Shown here in pieces: positions 51,977 through 64,000 of a stretch of 64,000 nt of DNA (positions within the stretch are counted from its first letter, which is position 1; every line of letters begins with the position of its first letter). Source of the stretch: Lama guanicoe. Taxonomy: Eukaryota. The stretch spans positions 6,608,270 through 6,672,269 of the forward strand of contig MU054212.1 in NCBI GenBank assembly GCA_013239625.1, given 5' to 3'. Position numbers and translations under genes: made by a program. The notes below the pieces were generated by a model. That model was not told the DNA's origin, searched no databases, and saw only the letters and a program-made list of their open reading frames with translations.

Positions 51977-52295
51977 GCCCCCAAAGCTCTGGTTTTTCTG
52001 AAACATCTCCCTGAGTCTCTCCCTTTAAGTGGACCCGGTCATACCTCTCTCGCTCTCCCCGCTTCGTTGTCTTCCCCCCCATCTTTCCCTGCTCCCCTTC
52101 CTTCTTGTTCTCTTCCCTTGCCTTTCTCCTTCATCTGCTTATTTCTTGCAATAGGAGCATTATTCTTTATGAGCGTCTGCCACACAGTCACCCCCCCACC
52201 CCTCTGAAAGACTCCCTCCCCGTCCCTCCCCCCCGCCAACTACCCAAAAGACAGAACAAAATACACACAAGGCAGACACAAGGCCAGAAACTTAC

Positions 52296-52650
52296 CTGCT
52301 TTCAACCAGCTGCAAAGTCAAGGCTCACTTAAGCTCCCCCCCAAAAATCAATTGTCCTTCCTTTTTAAAGGTTTGCTCTCTCCTTGGGGGGGGGGACACC
52401 TTCTGGTTCCCAACTCCAGGCAGTCACTCTTTACAATTTATTTTGTCGTACATCATTTGATCACCATGAATTAGCAACAGCAAGAAAATGTAGGAGAGGG
52501 AGAAAAGAGAGAAAGAGAGAGGGAGAGAGAGAGGGAGAGAGAGGGAGAGAGAGAGAGGGAGCAGAGCTTTCTGCAAGAGAAGAAGAAGAAAAAATGTACG
52601 TGTGACAAATTATGCTACCAAGAAACAACACATCATTATCCTTGGGCCTG
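52296..52650 (-). other. KLHL14: Probable non-coding exon 1 of KLHL14 (3' edge exact, TSS approximate)
   Basis: Perfect donor CAG|GTAAGT (GT at 52295-52294) about 2.3 kb upstream of the exon 2 acceptor, next to the CpG island. Splicing places an in-frame TGA (TGA AAG CAG|) upstream of the ATG. The 5' end cannot be read from sequence. Confidence 0.7.
52494..52561. repeat. GA-rich polypurine microsatellite (CU-rich in the KLHL14 leader)
   Basis: GAGAGGGAGAAAAGAGAGAAAGAGAGAGGGAGAGAGAGAGGGAGAGAGAGGGAGAGA..., pure purine. Confidence 0.9.
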
Positions 52651-52855
52651 GGGCTCAGTGAGTCGTAACGAGAGTAATAGGAAATCCACGGTTGGGGAGA
52701 GAAACGGTCGTGCTTGGCCAGTAGAGAGAGACCATACAGGGGGATGGATGCTGGAGAGACTCGCAAAATTATGGCTCAAGGCTATTGTAAAAATTGTCGA
52801 GCGTAAATGACTGCGATTTCAAACATCTTTGGAAGAAAGAAGGGGAAAAAGCGAG

Positions 52856-52903
52856 CCCCCCTCCCTCCCGCTCCCTCTCTCTCCCTCTCTCTTCTCTCTC
52901 TCT
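52856..52903. repeat. CT-rich polypyrimidine tract followed by TATAAA
   Basis: CCCCCCTCCCTCCCGCTCCCTCTCTCTCCCTCTCTCTTCTCTCTCTC then TATAAA at 52903-52908. Confidence 0.85.
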
Positions 52904-52965
52904 ATAAAGAACCGTCAAGTTTTAGTGCGCATTGCTAATTAGTCAATTTCTCTCTGCCTTCACAG

Positions 52966-54050
52966 GCTGGCGACTTCGCTGCTGAGCTGAAACTGCTAAT
53001 TTCTGTGACCAGCTTTTTTCTTAGCTGTGATCTGGATGAATGAGTAGCTGTCTCACAGAGATGACAAAAATAAACTCTAATCCCCCCAAAATTTCCACTA
53101 CATCTTTCTCATGCATAGATTTATGATCTTCAAGCGCTCTGTGCAATATGCAAACTTTTTTTTGTGTGTCTGTATATGTGCTGTTGTTTCCAGATTTCAC
53201 TACATTGGTATGCTGCTTTTCCCTTTCACCCCCCCTCCACCTCCCCTCTCACGATGAAATGCAGAAACCGTCTGATCTCAAAGTATGCCACGATGCCACT
53301 TTATAGTGTCTTGGTATTTGGGGTTTGAGTCTGACTTGGAAGTCAGGAGCCCTTGCCTGAGAGATGAGTGGCTGAGTGTACAATCGGGGGGAGGGGGGTG
53401 GGTGGAAGGAGAGGTGGTAGACAGAATAGAGGACAGCCCTTCCCTTTACATCTGTTTCCCTGCACTATTCAAGCTTTATGGTCTTGCTGGAAAACATACT
53501 TTCCCCATCATTTTGTCTGGTTATACAACCATCGCTGAACTTCTCTGTCAGCTCTTCCCAACAATAAGGGTTCAGAAGTCCCATTTTTTTTATTGGAAGA
53601 TTATCCTATTGTCAGATTTGTCTTTCAATTAGGAGTCTTCGATTTGCAGGAGGTAGAATCAAGTGCTAAGAACCTCAGCTGCAATGTAACCTTTCAACTT
53701 TGGAGCTCATCTGGTATACAGGGTTGGTCACAGAGAGCTCACATTTTTGACCCTGCTTAGCATGCAAAACGAACCCCAGCATGACTCTGGAATTTTAGCT
53801 GTACCAGAGATTCATGTGCATTTTGGTAGAGGACACGTTCCCTAGACTTATCTCGTGATGTATTGCGCCCTTACATTTATAGCCCTGCATTTTGGTTGTC
53901 AGTGGGGGCTGGAGGTGTCCAAGAAAGAAAGAAAAAAAAAGCAGCAGAAAAAGGAAGGTATGCCCTTGAATAAAATGAACATGGATGAAAGCTGGACATA
54001 CGTTAAATTGAGTTTTGTTTGGTATTAAATACAGGAACATGATTCATTCT
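52966..54050 (+). ncRNA. Candidate terminal exon region of a KLHL14 antisense lncRNA (KLHL14-AS-like)
   Basis: Plus-strand branch-like CTAAT (52935-52939), pyrimidine tract and CACAG|G acceptor (AG 52964-52965). AATAAA at 53969-53974, ATTAAA at 54024-54029. No repeats recognised. An antisense lncRNA is known at this locus in mouse and human, but orthology here is inferred. Confidence 0.45.
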
Positions 54051-54830
54051 GATTTCTATGTGCTCTGATCAGTAAACTTATTAAAATACACATCAGGGCA
54101 CCACTTGAAAGGCTGCCTTTTTATCTTCGTCTTTGATTGGTGAGAGATGGAAAGACACCTGCTGAAGGGAGGGGGGAAATCTGAAAATTCTTTGGTTCAG
54201 AAATAGGGAATTCCCCATTTAGAGTGCTAGACATAAACATGCATATGGGATATTTACTCTTAAACGGATGAAGAAGAATCACACGGAAGCATTTATCCCT
54301 CACAAGGGCTTTTCCCTATCAAGGTCCTAGATTATCTGAGGGTAAGAGTACTTTATTCAGATCTTGCTGGGGTGCTGCATTCTCATATTCATATTTATAC
54401 TAAAAAAGCCCAAATACGTAGTGAAATAATAGAAAAGGATTTTTTTTTCATTAGAGCAAGGGAAAGAAAGAGAACAGATTATCCAAATCTTCTGGCCCTA
54501 CTGTTTTTTTTTTTTTTAATGTCCCTTATTTAGGTCTTGAATAGGAAGACTGTGTGGCTGTAATTCAGTGCCTTTTGGGGGTTCTGTTTCATTAGCAGTT
54601 AAAGCTATCAAGTATGTGAAGTGTCACAAACTCTCATACATGCAAAGTACAATTTGTACAGTACGCTTTGGGTGTTGATCATTTATGAGCTTCCAATGAA
54701 GTATTTGGAACTAAATCCAAAGGTGAATAAGAGTATCGATCATTTAAATTGTTGCCATCATTCCATTTTATCATAAAGGAACTAGAAATTCAGGTATGTT
54801 TTGTAGAGCTCACAATATCTTAGCCTTGAA

Positions 54831-54877
54831 TTTATATATATATATAAAAAATATATTATATATATATATATAAAATA
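54831..54877. repeat. Interrupted (TA)n microsatellite
   Basis: TTTATATATATATATAAAAAATATATTATATATATATATATAAAATA. Confidence 0.9.
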
Positions 54878-56607
54878 CATATTTACTAATAGGATATATT
54901 GATCAGTAATTATGATTACTAGACCTTTGTAGTTTCCAAACAATATAAAAGCCACATTTCCAAAATTTTAACTACCTGTGATTTTAATGCTTATTTATCA
55001 GTGAGAGTGAAAGGAGAAGAGGGGGTTGAAGGGGGTAGTTTTGAAACAGCTGTTCAAGTGACAATGCTGTTTCCTTCTGGATTTTAAAGTTACCCAATTT
55101 GAGAATGCTCAGAAATCAGAGAAAAATGAAAAGTATGGCTATTTTGTAAGCAATTAGAGAAAGAATGTTGATAATAGAATGTTTTTTTGTTCAGAATCTG
55201 CATAAACTAGCATTTATATCCTGTAAATTGCACACGTCCCTTATCTTGCCCTGGCACTTTGACTGAAATTATTGCAGAACTCACAAATGATATGACACCC
55301 TTTACAATAAATCCCGTGATGAAAGATTCAATTTGCAGCAATCAGATGCTAGCTACTAAGCGACTGTAAGTGTTTGAATTTTATCCCACTTCACTGTTCA
55401 ACGTACAGAAATTGCATCTGTGTGTTTGATCTGTCCTGCTGAGCACTACCAGCAGCTTGCATCTCTGCCACTATTGTTTTTAAAATGGCAGGAAGGACGT
55501 GACTAGTCAAGAGGACTCAGCAGGATGGATTTCACATGGTCTAAGAGAAGCCGGAATTGTCTTATAAAAAAATTAAATATGATCTCGTAGGCGTCTCATT
55601 CAAGCTGTCTTCATACTTGGACAGAATGATCAAAATTATTCATCAGTGAATCTGCATTTAAACTGTGTACAGTGGGAAGAGGCTGAGTCTGCTCCCTCTG
55701 AGCAGTCTAACTAGAGCTGCCACCAGCTCTGAGCGGGCCGGGTCAGCCTCCAGGGTGGTGGGGACCCAGGTACATCACTGGCTCTGGTCACTCAGGACCA
55801 TCTCACCAGACTAGGCGAACTCAAGATTACCTTCAGAGTGGCTCAAGAAGTGTTTGCTGCCCAACATGAACGAGCAGCCACATCAAAACTTTATTTTTCT
55901 TGTCTTTGACTTTTCTGCATAAGATTTATGAGTTATCCCCCAGTGATATAAACATCACAGCCAGGCCTCCTCTGTGCTTCTTTCCCTTAGTAAATACTAC
56001 TTCCTGTGTCCTGATCTTTCAGATTGCCACCATTGTAAAATGGGGTGGACGGAGAGACATTATTCCATTTGACCATAAAATTGAGTAAGGAAGCACATCT
56101 TGGCTCCCCAAAGCCAGAGAGTGGCAAAATTCAGATGAAACTCATAGGGTTCTAGTGTTTTATCTTGAATCTTAGGTAGATATGATGAGAGATATCACAA
56201 TACCATTAGCATCAAGAAGCTTACTAAAGAACAAAAAATCTGAAATAACAAGGAAAGACAAGAAATAGCACTATCCTTCAGCATTTAGTCAAAAGCCAAC
56301 GGTTTACTGTTGCCCCCTGGTCAAACCCAACCCCTTGGCCAGCATCCTGGGTTCCCAAGATTCTGGTGCTTCTGGGAAGCTTACTGTTAGCTGTTTTCTG
56401 AACACAACCCACCTACACCCACAGTGCTGATGCCCTTACGAGAGGCCTTGGTTCTCTGCATATAGGAATCCCACCTAGTTCTCCTGACAACCTCAAGTGG
56501 AGTAATGATAGCCTGTACTTACTGGGCTCACTGCTTGTGTGGCGGACACTAGTCTGAAGCCTTTAGATGTTTCATTTTCTTAATCCTCTTGCTACTTCTA
56601 TGAGAGT

Positions 56608-57038
56608 CTGGTAGGTTGTAAAAGTGGCCCCAGTCTCCATCCTTCCCCAGGAATGTGGCTTTGCCGCTTCCCCCCGCCCCCACTTTGAATGTGAGTTGTC
56701 CTTGTGACTTGCTTTGACCAACAGAATGTGCTGGAGGGGACTTCGTGCCAACTCCAAATCTGAGTCTCAAGAGACCGTGTATACCTCTACTCTCCTTTGA
56801 GCCCTGCCAGCCGCCGTGGGGAAAAGCCCTGGTTGGCCTGCTGGCAGATGAGATATGACACGGACCAGGCCACTCCCCAGCTGACTTGATAACCGACCTC
56901 AGATGTATGTGTGACCTCAGCCCAGATGGTTAGAAGAGCTAACATAGCCCGAATTACTGACCCGCAGAAACTGAGTTAAATAAATGGCTGCCGTTTAGTT
57001 GTTGGGGTGATGTGTTCCACAGTAAAATTAACTGATAA
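56608..57038 (+). mobile_element. MaLR solo LTR (MLT1G/H-like)
   Basis: CTTGTGACTTGCTTTGACCAACAGAATGTG...CTGACCCGCAGAA...AATAAATGGCTG...TAACTGATA. Confidence 0.75.
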
Positions 57039-57984
57039 AGCAAGTTTCTATTACCAAAATTTTACCGATGAACAGAATGAAGTGCAGAGAAGTCACGTAA
57101 AAATTTCAGGGTCACACAGCATTTCAAAGGTAGAGCTGAGATTCAGACCCCACGAGATCTGACTCCAGAGTTTAACCATTCCGCTATGCTGGCCACCAAA
57201 GCAACGCCTGTCTCCTGTGACCTTAGTTTATTCACTCGTCAAGCGTATGCTAAGCATTTGTTATAGACCTGACAACACGGTAAACACAGAAGATACCACG
57301 ATGAATAAAACTGCACCCTTGCCTTCAAGGGGTTTTCATTCTAATGGAGGAGACAGGCTGGTGAATTAGACACAGCAAGTGCGTTATTACAATGTGATAA
57401 CTGCTCTAAGAAGGGTATGATGATGAACTACTGGGGCAGGAAGGAGCAGACTCCTGACTTTCTTACAGTACTTACTCTTTCGACACTTAATAGTTACTTC
57501 TTTGTGTTGTTAGTTGCTTAGTTAGGGAAATATATTTTATGATCTCGGCCAGATTGTAAGTTTCTGAGGTAGAAAGAGCCTAGCGCCTGATAAAATCCCC
57601 CACGGTGCACGGCTCTGTATCTGGCCCATAGTATTTATTCAATAAATACACTGATGGACTATGAAAAGTGAGTTTTCAAGGGTAACAGCAGAAAGAACAA
57701 AGAGTTACTTCATAATCAGAGAAACTGTGTTGGGGATTTAACTAAAGTGATGTCACACAATCTCTTGATTATACTGATCTACTATCTAAAAATCAATAAA
57801 CTCTTCATAATATGGTGAAATATACAGTTTACTGTTCACAGCATGTAGATAAGAATTGGTAGGACCTTAGTGAGTGCTGCCCTCAAATCCTACACCTATG
57901 GCAACCATCACTCCGAAGAGCACTCTGAATATTTGAAAAGAGTAGTTACTTGTATGGAAGCTTTAAACTGCTAAATGTAAGTAG

Positions 57985-58230
57985 CACAGCATCATTTTCC
58001 TAAGCCTGGATCCTGGAAGCAGGCCACCTGCGTCTGAATCCTAGCTCTGCCTCTTTCCACTTGTGTGACCTTGGGCAACTAACCTCTTTCAGCTTGGTTT
58101 CTTTAACTTGAGGATGGGCATACTGGAGCACCTCCCTCCTAGGGTTTTATGATGCTTACATTTATGTAAATATTTGTAAAAGTGCTTAGAATAGTTCCAG
58201 ACACAGAGTGGGTGTCATATGAACGTTAAA
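57985..58230 (+). mobile_element. MIR SINE
   Basis: TGAATCCTAGCTCTGCC...TGTGTGACCTTGGGCAA...GTAAAAGTGCTTAGAATAG. Confidence 0.78.
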
Positions 58231-59829
58231 TAAAAAATAAACTTACGTAGCTAGAGATCTTTTTTTTTCTTTTTCTTTTTTTCCTTTATTTTTCCTTTCC
58301 TTTTTCTCTGTGACTTTTTTCTTTTTTGCACATTGTGTCCAGTGCTCTACAAATATTGAATGGGGGAAGGAGTAAAGAAATCTACTTTTCTCAGAGTTGC
58401 CACAACGCATGATGCTCTTTAAGAAGCCACTGGTCACTTTAACAAAAGGCCCACGAGTTTTGACTTGGCACTTTAGATATTTTGTGTTAGTTTGTTTGCC
58501 TCTAGTTTTTAAAATCATCGTTTTATCTCTGGGGATATTTGGTATTTCACATACGTGTCTGGAGTAATTCAGATTCTGAAAAAGTAAGGATATTTATCAT
58601 TAATGATAATTTAATGACAGGTTGCAGAATATATTCCTGATTCTGAAAAGCAGCTCTTTGGCCCTCGGCCTTCAAGCTGATGGGGATGAGAGAGGAAGAT
58701 GCTGTGCTTCAGCTCCTGTCTCTGACATCACCTGTGACTCTGGACAAATGATTTTTCTTCCCCACGTCTCAGTTTTCGCATATTTGGAGAGAAACAGCAT
58801 TTCCTTCATTTAACTACTGTATAGAGTTGCACTGAGAAGTTAACTAGAGTGAATGGTCCCCAGAGAACATTTGGGAACTTTCCTAGTGACTTGTGCAATA
58901 AGATGAAGGTTTAGATAACAGAAGAAGAAAAAAATTTCTTTACTCTCTGAAAACTGCCCAGAGGCCAGAGGGGTTTACCCAGTCATCTTTGCGGAAGTAG
59001 TCGGGTACAAACAACAAATCAAAAATTGAAAGTATTTTGAGTGTAGAGACAGAAATTATATTAAGCACATTCACAAATAAATTATTTTATATTTTACTTT
59101 CAAAGAGCTGGAGTTTATGGGAAGGTGCTTCTTTTACTGTAGAAATGCCTACATTTCTTAGTCAAATACTTAAATGCGTAAGCCTTAATGATTATTGTAT
59201 CATTACAAGGACATACTGTCTTGACTGCAGTCCAGTTTTCCTTAGAGATGGGCTGTTTACACCTTGAAATATCTCCTACTTCTGCTCTCAGCTTCTTCGA
59301 TATTACAGCAAATTTCCTCAATTTCCATTTTCAGAACATTTCTCCGTTGCTCTGTCTTATCCCTTTTACCTTAAACTCCTTATTCCTCAACCCTACCCCA
59401 GGATACCCGATCCTCTTTCTAATTATGTTGTTTGTTTTATAATATAAAATTTCAGAGTATGTCAGCAAAGTTTCAAATTGTTTCAATTCTATGAATTAAT
59501 ATTGTTTTATTGTTGAAGTGCTGTCTGATGGTTTGGATAAATTTTGGGAGGTGGTTGGCTGACGTGACAAATAATCAAAGAATTTTGTATCTTATTTTAC
59601 TTTTTTAAAAGGATAACTGACTAACCAAAGGATATGTTTTCCCCAAATCCGACAGTAACACACAGTGACTGCTAATACAACATGATAAATCTGAACTGGA
59701 ACCTTTTCATTTTGTCTTTACATCTTATTGAGCCCAACACTAAGACTGATTTAAGTTTTTTTGTGGAGACTTAAATCCCATCTGCAGGGATATTTTGTCC
59801 AGTTTTATCTCGTTTTATGTGAATAAAGT

Positions 59830-60865
59830 CCATAGTTTATTCAAACTTCCTTAGTTTTTACCTAATGTCCTTTTTCTGTCCCGCAATCCCATCCAGGACA
59901 CCACATTACGTTTATAATGTCCTCAGGCTCCTTTTAGCTGTACAGTTTCTCATACTTTCCTTGCTTTTGATGACTTTTGATGACAGTTTTTAGGAAAACT
60001 GATCAGATCATTTGTAGAATGTCTTTCAGTTGGGACTTGTGTGATGTTTTTCTCATTATAATATTGGATTGAGGGTTTGGGGGAGGAGGACCATAGGGGT
60101 AAAGCCCCATTTTACTCACGTAATATCTAGGGTATATTTGATCAACGTGACTGTAGATATTAAACTTGATCACCTGGCTGCTGAGGTAGTATTCACCAGG
60201 TTTCTCCACAGTAAAGGCACTCCTTATTTTTCACTCCTCTTTCCATTCTATACTCTTTGGAGACACGGTTTTTATCCAGAGCCCACACATAAGGAGTGGA
60301 GAGTTATGTTCCTGGTCCCAAGGGTGGAGTATCTACACAGATGATTTGAAATTTGTCCGCAAGGGAGATCTGTCTATTCTCGCATCTGTTTATTTATTTA
60401 TATCAGAATGACCTTATGGATATTTATTTTGTACTTTGGGTTATAATCCAATACTACTTTATTTTGCTGCTTGAACTGTTCCAGTTTTGACCATTGGGAA
60501 GTCTTTTCAGTTGGCTTCTGTATTTCTTGCCATATATTTTTCTTTCTCCCTCCTTCCCTCCTTTCTTTCTTTCTTTCCTTTCTTCCCTGCATGGCAAAAT
60601 ACTGCATGTTCGTCTTACTTCATGCCCCAGTCCTAGAAGTAACCATTTCTCCAAGGAGCCTTGCTTACTTTTTTGGAGAATGGGATTAGGAACAAAGATC
60701 TGGGCATTAGATTGGTAGTTGCTACTGGGGTATTTCTTTTAGACCCTCCCAGCTGGCAGAGTAAGCTGTACATACATCTCTGCATGTTTCTATATGTCAC
60801 CATCTGCATCTACATTAAGCCAAACATGAATTCATACTGATGTCTCAACTCTAAACCACTACCAG
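59830..60865 (-). mobile_element. Old L1M (L1MC/L1MD-like) 3' region
   Basis: CCTAATGTCCTTTTTCTGTCC...ATCCAGGACACCACATTAC, CTTGATCACCTGGCTG...CCAGGTTTCTCCAC, CCATTTCTCCAAGGAGCC. Confidence 0.8.
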
Positions 60866-61339
60866 CTGACTTTATTTTACCTAAAACGGCTCACATGGGA
60901 AACAGACGAGAAGGAAGAACAGGCAGAGCAGTAAGTATACCCTAACGTGGGGCTGATGAGACCAGAGGCTACACTGAGCTCTCACAGGATGTGACCAAGG
61001 GCTCTAACGGAGGAATAAACTACATCCTTTAGAAGCAACTTTCAGATTTACTATTAATAGGGTTATATTTCAAATGTTTTTAGCTTAACACACAGAAAAT
61101 GAATACTTTTCAATTGAAGTCCAGTATGTTTTCAACTGTCCAGTATCTTTTCAATACGAGAGATGTCAGGATTCTGCAGCCTGAGAGGGAGACCTCAAAC
61201 ACAGGTAAGAAAAAGCGCCCCGGTCTCGCCGGCTCTTGCTCTACAAGCCATTGATCTTGATGATGACTGGACGTTCCCGTAACAGGGGCGGCTGTAGCCA
61301 CAGTTCACCTGATAGTTCAACGCCCAGTGGGAGTAGGAG

Positions 61340-61880
61340 GAAAGAACATGGGATTTGGAATAGAAAGGAATGGATTCGAGGATCACCTCCACCAACTCTT
61401 GGTTACATAAATATCCTAATATTGCTAACTCTTAGTTTTTTTCATTTGTAAAATAGGATAGTAGTAACTCCTACCGTATTTATTTCTTAGGAGCAGTATA
61501 ATGACCAAGAAAGCTAACATATGTAAAGGTAATTTGTGAATTGAGAAAATAATCCAAAACTATTATTATTTATATTGTCTTCATAGGAGGAGATTATACA
61601 TCTGTAGGTAGCTGGAGGTGGTATAGCATGGTGGTCAAGAACGTGATTCTGGAGATCACTTATGTTAAAACCTCAACGAAACAATTTACTAATTGTGCAA
61701 ATTTAGTCAAGAAACTTAATTTATCTGAGATTCAGTTTTCTCTGAGGTGAAATGGGGTTCATTTCTCCCACTGTGAGAATTTGTGAGAGTTCATTTGTCC
61801 TCATTGTGAGAATTTGATGGGAGAATGCTTTGTACATGGAAAACACTCAGTATCAGCTTGGTGAGCCCCAAATACTTAAC
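61340..61880 (+). mobile_element. Two adjacent MIR SINEs
   Basis: CTTAGTTTTTTTCATTTGTAAAATAGGATAGTA. GTATAGCATGGTGGTCAAGAAC...TCTGAGATTCAGTTTTCTC. Confidence 0.7.
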
Positions 61881-62409
61881 TCACAAGAGAACTGAGAAAT
61901 AAGTCTATCCCCATACTAAGTTTCCAAGGATTTTCAGCATCTGTGGAGTAGGGGGGACTGTGTAGCTGCTTTTTAGCTCGGAGACTCAAATTCTGAATCT
62001 CTATTTCCTTGCGGTGCTGACTGAGGCAGGGGAAATGGTCTCCCAGTTCAGAATGCAGAGCCTGGGTTAATTCTGAAGTAAGCTAGAGGGACAGGTCTCT
62101 CAGTTTAGCTATGGTTACATTCCGCCCCAATTCAGTGATCAGAAGAGGCCACTTGGAAGGGTCCTCACTTGCACAGGCGCCTTCCAAGTCTCTGGGTGGG
62201 GCCCTTGCAACGTGTAAAATTTGAAAAAATAAGACATCTTAATTGCAGTCGATTAAGATTGTTTTCTAGTTCCACTTGGACTTTCCCTCATGTCAGATAG
62301 TGTTGGAGGGCCCGTGAACATTTTTCAGAGATGGCGAAAGGGAAGGTGAATCAGGAATTTAGTGTAGGTAGAGTAGGATGTGGTCGGATGTATCATGTGT
62401 TCACAATTA

Positions 62410-62908
62410 CAGATCTTCCTCCACTCGCGATGGGGTTACGTCTCAATAAATTCATCGTAAATTGAAAATACTGTAAGTGGAAAATGCACTTAATACACCT
62501 AACCTACCAAATAACACAGTTCAGGCTAGCCTACCTCAAACGTGCTTAGAACACCTTCATCAGCCTACAATTGGGCAAAACCATCTAACACAAAGCCTAT
62601 TTTATACTGAAGTGTTGAGTCTCTCCTGTAATGCATTGACCTCTGTTCTGAAAGTGAGACAAGGAGCGGTTCTGGATACAGACGGTTGTGAATTTATGGG
62701 TTGTTTACTCTCAGGATCACGTGGCTGCCTGGGAACCGCAGTTCACCGTCCATGCCCAGCATCTCAGGACAGTATCGTTTGCATACCGCTAGCCCAGGGA
62801 AAGATCAACATGCAAAATCAGACATAAGGTTTCTACTGAATGCATATTGCTTTTGCATCACTGTAAAGGTGAAAAATTGTTAGCTGAACGTAAGTCAAGG
62901 ACCATCTG
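62410..62908. mobile_element. TcMar-Tigger MITE (MER47/Tigger5-like)
   Basis: TIRs CAGATCTTCCTCCACTCGCG and CGTAAGTCAAGGACCATCTG, flanked by TA at 62408-62409 and 62909-62910. Internal CACCTAACCTACC...GGCAAAACCATCTAACACAAAGCCTATTTT. Confidence 0.85.
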
Positions 62909-64000
62909 TACTTCCACGTAGACAACCAAGTAGAGTAAAGTTTGTTGCTAGTGCCCCGCCCTGCTCCCCCACCTCTCAGTGAAAGGATGACCACCAGGGA
63001 TATTCTGACTTTGCGCCATGCTGACTCACACAAAATAGAGACAAGGAAGTGTAGAATGGAAGCTGTATTGTCATAGGAATGTCCCTGAAGAATGTGGCAT
63101 TATTTAAGAGGGTTCTCTGCACAAGAAAACTTCAAATCTTACAGCTTGTATATGAAAGAAACTTACTGAGTTTCTCCCAAATACATCATACTATCCATAC
63201 ATACAACTTGGGAAGCTGAAAATATTTTCTAAACTACAATATTAAAAAAAATTGACCAATCATGTAAAAAAGGCTAGAAAGACTAATTGACATATATATT
63301 TTTTTCCTCTAGAAAATGGTATTAAAATCTTTGCCATTGTGCAATTGAAGACTATGAAGAGAAAGTTTCAGGGAAAAGAGTTTTATGGAGGTGTGTATAT
63401 GGCAGCTACTTAGTTAAACTTTTGTGATTTTTGTGGATTTTTAATGTTTGGGCTATTGCTAGCTTTTAAACATTTGTCATTTTAGGCACCAGAGAATGTG
63501 TATCTGCTCCAGTATGCACCCCACATTTGCTTCCCTGAGAATCCTGCCTAGTGTGTTAGAAGTAGCTATGAGAGTAGATGGATTTCTCTGACACACAAAG
63601 ATGGAGGGCTGAATATAGATTTAGAGCCTCTGCATTTCAGGAATCGTCTCCTGTGACATGAAGAGTCGAGCCTCTTAAGAGTTTCCTTCTGTTTGTGTGG
63701 CCCCCCTTCCCTACTGGCCTAGAAGAATCCTGTGGCTCCCAAGGGCTCAACTTGCTACCTGGAACCACGTAGATAATTAATTTGTCACCACCGAGGCTAG
63801 GTGGCTTGGACTTCTTTGTTCCAGTGGTGCTGATGGATTCCACTTCACACCACTCAACAAACACCCAATGCTATGTGTAAGGTGACATCGGCACTGACAT
63901 GTTGTTCCTGAGAACAAATGCTTTGATGTTTGTGCAGTAGCAGAACTGGTGCTGTATGAGAATTTGATCCTTTAGGCACACTGCCAGTTATCAATATGGT

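Noticed and set aside
1..64000. CRISPR arrays, rRNA, operons or other prokaryote-type systems
   Set aside because: No regularly spaced repeats or dense coding. The sequence is mammalian intronic and promoter DNA.

Overview
Mammalian genomic DNA, probably camelid, inferred from the tRNA-derived SINE and the L1 3' end types. The window holds the 5' half of KLHL14 (kelch-like 14, a BTB-BACK-Kelch CUL3 adaptor) on the minus strand: a probable non-coding exon 1 ending at 52296, the large first coding exon (ATG at 49994, donor after 49045) and a 122-nt next coding exon at 23161-23282 that the ORF track misses. The later kelch exons appear to lie beyond position 1. A CpG island with three assembly gaps covers about 49.0-51.9 kb. 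The rest is intronic or upstream DNA with L1, L2, MIR, MaLR/ERVL LTR, hAT and Tigger relics. Repeat names and most repeat edges are by eye and approximate. I see no evidence for a new protein-coding system. The best leads are regulatory: plus-strand splice, TATA and poly(A) signals consistent with a KLHL14 antisense lncRNA; three intronic ETS-IRF composite sites in PU.1-site clusters; overlapping uORFs in exon 1; and in-frame stops that would give kelch-less isoforms. A tail-less L1 insertion with a perfect 17-bp duplication is a separate oddity.
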